NCBI GenBank assembly: GCA_003194425.1
Contig: PQXB01000004.1
Coordinates: 15,564-47,563, forward strand
Source of the DNA: Candidatus Methanophagaceae archaeon
GTDB taxonomy: Archaea; Halobacteriota; Syntropharchaeia; Alkanophagales; Methanospirareceae
Reading direction: 5' to 3'
Length of the DNA stretch: 32,000 nt
Positions within the stretch are counted from its first letter, which is position 1. The number at the start of each line of letters is the position of its first letter. A program made the position numbers and the translations under genes. The notes below the pieces were generated by a model that was not told where the DNA came from, ran no database searches, and saw nothing but the letters and a program-made list of their open reading frames with translations. This document shows positions 26,108 through 32,000 of this stretch, in pieces.

Positions 26108-26128
26108 GAGGAAGGGAGAGGAGAAAAA

Positions 26129-27292
26129 ATGGACATAGAAACGAAGATTGCGCTTGTAAAGAGGCACCCGACCGCGGAGGTAGTGACCGAGGAGGACTTA
26201 AGAAATTTGTTTGAGAACGAGGAGCACCCGGTTGCCTACGACGGCTTTGAACCCTCGGGGCTTGCTCATTTGGGGTCAGGGCTTTTAAGAGCGATTAAAT
26301 TGGACGACCTGATTAAAGCGGGCGTCAGGTTTAAATTCCTCGTTGCAGACCAATTTGCACTCTTGAACGACAAAATGGGCGGCGACTTGCAGGCGATTCG
26401 GGAGGTTGGGAAGTACCTCGTCTCGGTCTGGGAAGCCTGCGGTGTTGATTTGAGCAAGGTAGAAGTTGTGTGGTCTTCGGAGGTGTTTAAAGACCCGGAT
26501 TACTGGGAGACGGTCTTGAAGGTCGTTAGAAATGTCACTGTAAATCGACTGACGAGGGCGGTAACGGTGCTGGGGCGGCGTGAAGGTGAGGTAGCGACCG
26601 CGTCCCGACTGTTCTACCCTGCGATGCAGTGCGCGGACATTTTTTACCTGAACGTTGACATTTGCCAGTTAGGCTACGACCAGCGGAAAGCGAACATTCT
26701 GGCACGCGACATCGGCGAGAAGATTGGATTCTGGAAGCCCGTCTGCGTGCATCACGAACTCTTAATTGGACTGCAGGGACCCACAAAAATGGGCGGTCTC
26801 CCCTTCAACAAGCCCGACAAGCCCGACAAGTCGGACAGGTCTGACCTGTCTAACCTGTCTGAGAGGGCGGAGAGGGAAGAGAGGGAAGAGAGGGAAGAGG
26901 AGCGGCAGTCGCAGGTTAAAATGTCAAAGAGTTTTCCCGACACCTGCGTGTTTGTTCACGACGCACCAGAGGAGGTGGAGCGAAAAATTAAGAACGCCTT
27001 CTGCCCGCCAAAGCAGACAACAGAAAACCCGATTTTAGAGATTTTAAAGTTTATTATTTTTAGAAAATCCAGGAAATTCGAGTTAGAGCGACCGCGGAAA
27101 TTTGGGGGGACTGAAACCTATTTTTCTTTTGACGAGTTAGAAGCAGCGTACAGGAAGGGGGAAATTCATCCGTTAGATCTGAAACTAAATGTTTCTACTG
27201 CTTTGAACGAGATTTTAGAGCCTGTGAGGGCGTATTTTGAGAGGAGACCCGAGCTTTTAGAGGTCTTTAAAAAACAGGAGGTCACGCGGTGA
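26129..27292 (+). CDS. tyrS: Tyrosyl-tRNA synthetase (archaeal) with a repeat insertion before KMSKS
   Basis: It aligns by eye along its whole length to M. jannaschii TyrRS as I recall it (GFEPSG..., YPAMQCADIFYL, KMSKS, NPILEI, FGG, HPLDLK). I prefer ATG 26129 (GGAGAGGAG upstream) over the track's GTG 26102. Confidence 0.9.
   Translation: MDIETKIALVKRHPTAEVVTEEDLRNLFENEEHPVAYDGFEPSGLAHLGSGLLRAIKLDDLIKAGVRFKFLVADQFALLNDKMGGDLQAIREVGKYLVSVWEACGVDLSKVEVVWSSEVFKDPDYWETVLKVVRNVTVNRLTRAVTVLGRREGEVATASRLFYPAMQCADIFYLNVDICQLGYDQRKANILARDIGEKIGFWKPVCVHHELLIGLQGPTKMGGLPFNKPDKPDKSDRSDLSNLSERAEREEREEREEERQSQVKMSKSFPDTCVFVHDAPEEVERKIKNAFCPPKQTTENPILEILKFIIFRKSRKFELERPRKFGGTETYFSFDELEAAYRKGEIHPLDLKLNVSTALNEILEPVRAYFERRPELLEVFKKQEVTR
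26807..26905 (+). repeat. Two abutting 9-bp tandem arrays (11 units) inside tyrS
   Basis: aacaagccc gacaagccc gacaagtcg gacaggtct gacctgtct aacctgtct gagagggcg gagagggaa x3 gaggagcgg. This encodes NKPDKPDKSDRSDLSNLSERAEREEREEREEER. Confidence 0.9.
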
Positions 27293-28674
27293 ACGAGCTC
27301 TCTGCGGCGTTCTCGCCCACGGACTACAGGTACGCGGTGCCCGAGTTGCGGGATTTTTGCACTGAAGCCGCGTTCGTGAAGTACAAGGCGAGAGTGGAAG
27401 CTGCGGTTGCGAGGGCGTTCGCGAAGCGTGGGATTTTGAGGGAGGAGTTGTGCGATGAAATTGTGGAAGCTGCGTCGAAGGTGACGGCAGAGGAGGTGCG
27501 TGCAGAGGAGCAGAAGACGAGGCATGACATTCGCGCGCTCGTAAACGCGATCAGGAACCGTGTGAGCGACGAGGCGAAACCGTTCGTGCACCTCAGCGCC
27601 ACCTCTTACGACATCGTGGACACCGCGAACGCGCTCAGGTACAAGAACGCGGTGCAGAAGGTAATTCTTCCTGAAATGCTTGCGTTGGAGCGGGTGTGGA
27701 TTGAGCTTGCTCGGCGGGAGAAAGAGACGCTCCAAATTGGTCGGACGCACGGGCAGCACGCCGAACCGCTTACCTTCGGGTTCGCAATTTCGCAGTACGT
27801 GAGCCGGTGGGGTTCGCGGATTTTGAGGCTGCGAGAGGCGAGCGAGAACCTCGTGGGCAAGTTCTCGGGGGCGGTCGGTGCGTACAACGCGACCTCTCTG
27901 CTCTTTGACGGCGACCCTGACGCCCCAGAGGAATTTGAACGCGAGGTCTTGAGTTTGCTGGGCGTGAAGCCTGCAGCGGTCTCCACGCAGATTGTCCCGC
28001 CCGAGCCTCTCTGCGATTTTGTTCACGCAGTTGTGAGCAGTTTCTCGGTCTTGGCTAACTTCTGCGACGACATTCGACACCTGCAGCGAACCGAGATTGC
28101 AGAGGTGCGGGAGCGTGTGGCAGAGGGGCAGGTGGGCTCGTCGACGATGCCGCACAAGCGGAACCCTGCGGGTCTTGAGGGCGTTAAGAGCCTCTGGAAG
28201 CGGTTTATGCCGCAAGTGGTGACGACGCACCTTGACCAGATTTCAGAGCACCAACGCGACCTCACGAACTCGGCGTCGCAGCGCTACACGCAGGAGTTGC
28301 TCGTCGTCTTTGCCTACTGCGTCAGGCGGCTGACTGGTATTTCCAAGCGGCTTGAGGTGGACAGGGCGCGGATGCTTGCGAATTTCCAGATTTCCGCAGG
28401 CGACATTGTTGCCGAGCCTCTCTACATTCTTCTCTCCTACTACGGACACCCTGACGCACACGAATTCGTGCGGAGGAAGAGCCTTCAGGCTTACGAGGAG
28501 CGGAAATCGTTGCGTGAGGTCGTCGAGCGCGCGGACGAGATTTTGCCGTATTTACGAAATTTCACGAGCGAGCAGAGGGCGAAGGTTTTTGACGCCGAGA
28601 AATATGTTGGGCGGGCGGCGGAGAAGGCGGAGCAGGTTGCGAGTTACTGGGAGGAGGTTTTAAAGGGCTTGTAG
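27289..28674 (+). CDS. purB: Adenylosuccinate lyase
   Basis: 461 aa with the fumarate-lyase signature GSSTMPHKRNP. The GTG start overlaps the tyrS stop (GTGA). Confidence 0.93.
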   Translation: MNELSAAFSPTDYRYAVPELRDFCTEAAFVKYKARVEAAVARAFAKRGILREELCDEIVEAASKVTAEEVRAEEQKTRHDIRALVNAIRNRVSDEAKPFVHLSATSYDIVDTANALRYKNAVQKVILPEMLALERVWIELARREKETLQIGRTHGQHAEPLTFGFAISQYVSRWGSRILRLREASENLVGKFSGAVGAYNATSLLFDGDPDAPEEFEREVLSLLGVKPAAVSTQIVPPEPLCDFVHAVVSSFSVLANFCDDIRHLQRTEIAEVRERVAEGQVGSSTMPHKRNPAGLEGVKSLWKRFMPQVVTTHLDQISEHQRDLTNSASQRYTQELLVVFAYCVRRLTGISKRLEVDRARMLANFQISAGDIVAEPLYILLSYYGHPDAHEFVRRKSLQAYEERKSLREVVERADEILPYLRNFTSEQRAKVFDAEKYVGRAAEKAEQVASYWEEVLKGL

Positions 28675-28694
28675 GGGGTTGCTTTAATTTGGGC

Positions 28695-28712
28695 GGGGGG
28701 CTGGCTCCCCCC
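28695..28712. terminator. GC hairpin GGGGGG-CTGGCT-CCCCCC between convergent purB and cobQ
   Basis: A perfect 6-bp G:C stem with a 6-nt loop. No long T-run is adjacent, so its function is uncertain. Confidence 0.25.
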
Positions 28713-28717
28713 AACTC

Positions 28718-30334
28718 TTAATCTAAAATTTCGTACACCTTCTTCACATCAATATTCTCCCGCACGAGGTCTGCCAATTTATCGTACTCCCTCTCCCAAT
28801 CAATCCCGCGCCTGCTCTCACTTTTCTCTTTGTCTTTGTTTACGCCCAACGGCGGCAACCCTTTTCGCCGTCTTACGAAGTCCAGAAAAGCCTGCCGAAA
28901 TGCGTCGTTATCAAAAATCCCGTGAATGTAAGTTCCGATGACGTTGCCAGACTCCGAAACTGCACCGCCGCGGTCTTCCCGTTCTCGCACCTTCTCCCCG
29001 GAACGCTCGAAGATCGTAAATCCTTTTTTTACCTTTTCCGAGCCCGCAGGAAAATAAGTCCGTCCCATATGGATTTCGTAGCCCGCTACTTCTCCGTTGT
29101 AGAACGGCAAATCCGCGGTCGCACGCACCTGGTTAGTCATTTTCCGCGCATGGCTCTCAAATATCGTCGTCGCAGGCAGCAAGCCAAGCCCCGCGGTCTC
29201 GCGAAGTTTTGACTCCACTCCTTCGGGGTCTCTTAACGACTCGCAGAGCATTTGGTAGCCGCCGCAGATTCCGAAGACAACGCACTCCCCGCTCCTCGCC
29301 CTCTCCACGATTTCGGCAGCGCAGCCGGTCTTTTTAAGCCACTCCAAGTCTCCGATCGTGTTCTTCGAGCCCGGCAAAATTATCACATCCGGCTCGCTTA
29401 TTTCTTCGCAGCTGCCTACGTACCGCAGCGACACGCCCTCCGCAGCCTCTTCCTGCTCCTCCTCGTCGTTGGCTTCCAAGACATCAAAATCCGTGAAATT
29501 GGAAATGTGCGGCAGGCGAACGACTTCAATCGTTATTTCTCCTTTTTCTGCCCCTTTTTTTGCCCCTTTTTCTTTCTCTTTTTCTTTCCCTTCTCCTTCC
29601 TCCGCTAACACAGACAACGCTAACGAGTCCTCCTCCTGTATTTTTATGCCCTGAAAATACGGAACGACGCCCACTACGGGCTTGCCGACCCGCCGTTCAA
29701 GGAACTCCAGCCCCGGCTTGAGAATGTCCAAGTCCCCGCGGAACTTGTTTATCAAAATCCCCTTCACCCGTCCTCTCTCGTCTTCCTCCAGCAGCTCCAG
29801 CGTTCCCACAACCCAAGCAAAGACCCCTCCCTTGTCAATGTCGCCAACGAGCAGCACGGGTGCGTCCAAAAGTTTTGCAATTCTCATATTCACAATCTCG
29901 TTCTCGCGGAGGTTCACTTCTGCAGGGCTTCCCGCACCCTCGACCACCACGATCTCGTTCTCACGCTCGAGTTTCTCAAAGCAGTCCTTTACGAGGCTCA
30001 ACGCAGCGGGCTTGAACTCGTGGTACTCCTTCGCGGTCAGGTTTCCGACTGGCTTGCCTCGTACCACTACCTGCGCGCCGGTCTCGCTCGTGGGCTTCAG
30101 CAGAATCGGGTTCATTTCAACTCTCGGCTCTTTACGAGCCGCGAACGCCTGAAATGCCTGTGCCCTGCCGATTTCAAGACCGTCTGCGGTGACATAAGAA
30201 TTGAGTGCCATATTCTGCGATTTGAACGGTGCGACCTCGTAGCCGTCCTGCGAGAATATTCGGCAGAGCGCTGCCACAATCACGCTCTTTCCTACGCCTG
30301 ACCCAGTGCCCTGCACCATTATTTTCTTCGCCAC
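28718..30334 (-). CDS. cobQ: Cobyric acid synthase
   Basis: 538 aa with N-terminal MVQGTGSGVGKS...APFKSQNMALNSYVT...NPILLKP and a C-terminal glutamine amidotransferase domain (GICGGYQML). Confidence 0.9.
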   Translation of the reverse strand: MAKKIMVQGTGSGVGKSVIVAALCRIFSQDGYEVAPFKSQNMALNSYVTADGLEIGRAQAFQAFAARKEPRVEMNPILLKPTSETGAQVVVRGKPVGNLTAKEYHEFKPAALSLVKDCFEKLERENEIVVVEGAGSPAEVNLRENEIVNMRIAKLLDAPVLLVGDIDKGGVFAWVVGTLELLEEDERGRVKGILINKFRGDLDILKPGLEFLERRVGKPVVGVVPYFQGIKIQEEDSLALSVLAEEGEGKEKEKEKGAKKGAEKGEITIEVVRLPHISNFTDFDVLEANDEEEQEEAAEGVSLRYVGSCEEISEPDVIILPGSKNTIGDLEWLKKTGCAAEIVERARSGECVVFGICGGYQMLCESLRDPEGVESKLRETAGLGLLPATTIFESHARKMTNQVRATADLPFYNGEVAGYEIHMGRTYFPAGSEKVKKGFTIFERSGEKVREREDRGGAVSESGNVIGTYIHGIFDNDAFRQAFLDFVRRRKGLPPLGVNKDKEKSESRRGIDWEREYDKLADLVRENIDVKKVYEILD

Positions 30335-30366
30335 TTTTACGGATCCCTCTCTTTCACTTCTTTAAT

Positions 30367-30831
30367 TCAGGAAACTTCCCGTAAGGATATTTTTTGAATA
30401 ACGCACCCCTCTCGGTCCTCATAAACTCCTTTTCCTTCCCCCTCCCAATTAAAATACCATAACCTGTCGTGATAAAATTCAGAACCGAAAATAAATGCTT
30501 TAAAAACCGGCGAAAAGAACAAAAGACGATGCAGCCATTTAACATTCGCGGTCTTCTTCCTCAAAATCTGGTCACCCTTGATTATCGGGCTTTTCTTTAC
30601 TTCGAATCCGAAGTTCAGCCTTTCAAACGCTCTCCTCTCCAGACCAACTATTTCAATTTGTTCTAGGTCGCCGACGCCAGCGCGTTTGAGGAAGAAGTCC
30701 CATTTAAGAAATCTGAAGAGGTAGTTCGTTGTCGTCAGAGCAGACAAGACGAAGAGAAAAGTCCAGCGGAATTCTTTCAGCGCCGCTACGAGTCGTCCGA
30801 GGTCTGCGTAGACGCCTATCATGAAATACAC
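30367..30831 (-). CDS. Hypothetical protein; possible remnant of a flippase-like (UPF0104-type) membrane protein gene
   Basis: The N-terminal ~60 aa (…VYFMIGVYADLGRLVAALKEFRWTFLFVLSALTTTNYLFRFLKWDFFLKRAGV) resemble the start of UPF0104 proteins, but the rest is hydrophilic and unrelated. A hydrophobic 63-aa ORF lies in another frame (30354-30545). The GC content is lower than in neighbouring genes. Confidence 0.3.
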   Translation of the reverse strand: MYFMIGVYADLGRLVAALKEFRWTFLFVLSALTTTNYLFRFLKWDFFLKRAGVGDLEQIEIVGLERRAFERLNFGFEVKKSPIIKGDQILRKKTANVKWLHRLLFFSPVFKAFIFGSEFYHDRLWYFNWEGEGKGVYEDREGCVIQKISLREVS

Positions 30832-30851
30832 GAGAACCGCGAAGAGAACGA

Positions 30852-31547
30852 TCAGTCAAACCTTACCGCTTTTTTCCATATCCTCACTACCTTTGACCCG
30901 ATATGATTTACGAGCGACGACCTCCGTCCAAATGTCTGAACCTCGTTTTTTCGGAGCGCTTCTCTCACCTCTTCAACCGCTCCTGCCTCTGTAATTCCTG
31001 CCTCGGTCTCTGTAATTCCTGCCTCTGTAATAATTCCAGCATTCCCGATCTCGTTTGCGAAATGTGCGTCGCTCCCCGCGGTGACTGGCAAGCGGTGCTT
31101 CGCTGCGAACTCGACCGCTCGGTCGTTGTATCTTTGGAAGATGCACCTTGAGTTGAAACATTCAATGCAGTCGACGAACTTCGCGTCCTCTTCAGTTGGG
31201 TGAAGAGCAGAGCGTCGCAGTTCGTCAAAAGGGTGCGGAATTACGACGATTCCGTTTTGTCTTTTTATCGCAGAGACGAGTTCTTGAAAATCTCCGGCGG
31301 CGGGCTTGACTTCTTCTTCAAGGAAAAGCCCGATTATCTCGCCTCGCGCTGTCTTTATCTCAGAGCCGACGATCACCGCAAAATCCTCTGTTTCATATTT
31401 CTTCGCTTTTAAGCCGCCTTTTATCGTGTCGTGGTCGGTGACTGCGATTCCGCTCAATCCCCGCTTTATCGCGGTTTTTACGATTCTTTCTGGCTCGAGA
31501 ACGCTGTCTGGCGAGTATTTTGAGTGGGCGTGCAGGTCGTATCTCAT
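30852..31547 (-). CDS. PHP-domain metal-dependent phosphoesterase
   Basis: 231 aa with MRYDLHAHSKYSPDS...IAVTDHDT...GSEI...IPHPF...AGSDAH, the canonical PHP His/Asp motifs. Confidence 0.8.
   Translation of the reverse strand: MRYDLHAHSKYSPDSVLEPERIVKTAIKRGLSGIAVTDHDTIKGGLKAKKYETEDFAVIVGSEIKTARGEIIGLFLEEEVKPAAGDFQELVSAIKRQNGIVVIPHPFDELRRSALHPTEEDAKFVDCIECFNSRCIFQRYNDRAVEFAAKHRLPVTAGSDAHFANEIGNAGIITEAGITETEAGITEAGAVEEVREALRKNEVQTFGRRSSLVNHIGSKVVRIWKKAVRFD
30982..31032 (-). repeat. 15/21/15-bp repeat in the PHP gene (EAGIT ETEAGIT EAG)
   Basis: cctgcctctgtaatt / cctgcctcggtctctgtaatt / cctgcctctgtaata. Confidence 0.9.
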
Positions 31548-31562
31548 TTTAGTTTTGCTCCT

Positions 31563-31690
31563 GGATTGTTGGATAATATAAAAGAAGTAATTTATTTTAT
31601 GATAAAAAGAGATAGGAAGGGAAGGTTTATAAAGGAAGGCATGGTCAAGAGGTTCGTGAAGTTTTTTTTTGATTTTTGTCTACAGGGATT
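31563..31690. repeat. Dispersed intergenic repeat, copy B
   Basis: Same orientation as copy A. Shared downstream modules lie at 31696-31730 and 31760-31771. It lacks the ~125-bp segment present at 14679-14803 in copy A. Confidence 0.85.
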
Positions 31691-31798
31691 TGATTGATTA
31701 TGAGAGCAAGATTATGTGTGTGGTAAGAAAATGTGTGTGGTAAGAAAATTTATTAATTTTTAGACAAACCATTTATGATGATTAATTATTTTAAGCCA

Positions 31799-32000
31799 AT
31801 GACGAAAAAAATACTCGAAATAAAAGCCTGGAAAGAGCTTTTAGACCTCAATATGCAGGTTTACCTCTTAACGATTCTATTCTGCATAATTATTACAAAA
31901 TCTTATAATTATGGCGTAGCAGCAGAAATAACAATACTAATAAGCCTTTTATCATTATATTTGGTCTACACATTCCTCGTTAATGATTACTGCGACATGC
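31799..32000 (+). CDS. UbiA-family prenyltransferase-like membrane protein, N-terminal fragment (runs off the right edge)
   Basis: My own translation is MTKKILEIKAWKELLDLNMQVYLLTILFCIIITKSYNYGVAAEITILISLLSLYLVYTFLVNDYCDM. It has hydrophobic helices, and NDYCD resembles the first NDxxD motif of UbiA enzymes. It is strikingly AT-rich compared with the rest of the window. Confidence 0.45.
   Translation, partial: MTKKILEIKAWKELLDLNMQVYLLTILFCIIITKSYNYGVAAEITILISLLSLYLVYTFLVNDYCDM

Noticed and set aside
26267-26278. The TyrRS HIGH-motif position reads HLGS, which could be a degenerate catalytic motif or pseudo-enzyme
   Set aside because: As far as I recall, the crenarchaeal-type TyrRS subfamily (with the DKxGGD block, also present here) naturally deviates from HIGH at the last positions. 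KMSKS is intact and the rest of the enzyme is well conserved. An alignment would be needed to say more.
27166-28230. 354-aa minus-strand ORF antisense to purB (similar long antisense ORFs at 19091-19936, 6809-7618, 3533-4354 and 21810-22637)
   Set aside because: Their Arg/His/Pro/Leu-rich composition has no motifs. Each fully overlaps a strongly supported housekeeping gene on the other strand. High GC suppresses stop codons in non-coding frames.
14558-31690. Idea that the two direct copies of the 120-bp module are att-like borders of a 17-kb integrated element
   Set aside because: The interior is core housekeeping (ftsY, lon, lysC, thermosome, tyrS, purB, cobQ) with native-looking composition. 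There is no integrase or other mobile-element gene, and the repeat is not a tRNA fragment.

Overview
This is an archaeal chromosomal window with about 30 genes on both strands. The genes are GC-richer than the short AT-rich spacers between them, and several starts and stops overlap (ATGA/GTGA). Content is mostly core housekeeping: ilvE, archaeal GHMP-type shikimate kinase, leuS, an initiator tRNA-Met, an EndoQ-like PHP nuclease, adenine deaminase, nadA, prefoldin alpha, ftsY, LonB, aspartate kinase, thermosome, tyrS, purB and cobQ. Two cofactor genes typical of methane/alkane-metabolising archaea are also present: mfnA and a nitrogenase-like cfbD. The organism cannot be named from the sequence alone. 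There is no CRISPR array, transposase, integrase or recognisable defence island. Five things stand out. (1) A ~120-bp intergenic module occurs twice (14558-14678 and 31563-31690) with a palindromic TATA box and an inverted repeat; it looks like a portable bidirectional promoter/operator or small-RNA cassette. (2) Near-perfect short tandem repeats are unusually dense. They are always a multiple of 3 bp inside conserved genes, including next to the KMSKS loop of TyrRS, but have periods of 13, 16, 17 and 20 bp in spacers. (3) A minimal archaeosortase-like gene is translationally coupled to a 4-TM protein that has repeats and a C-terminal zinc knuckle. (4) A G-rich tandem array and a canonical G4 motif sit in front of an uncharacterised 423-aa protein. 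(5) Several small start-region curiosities occur: a 17-bp duplication creating a uORF, a shared TATA for divergent leaderless starts, and a tRNA abutting a CDS. All product calls rest on by-eye motif and family recognition; no searches were run.
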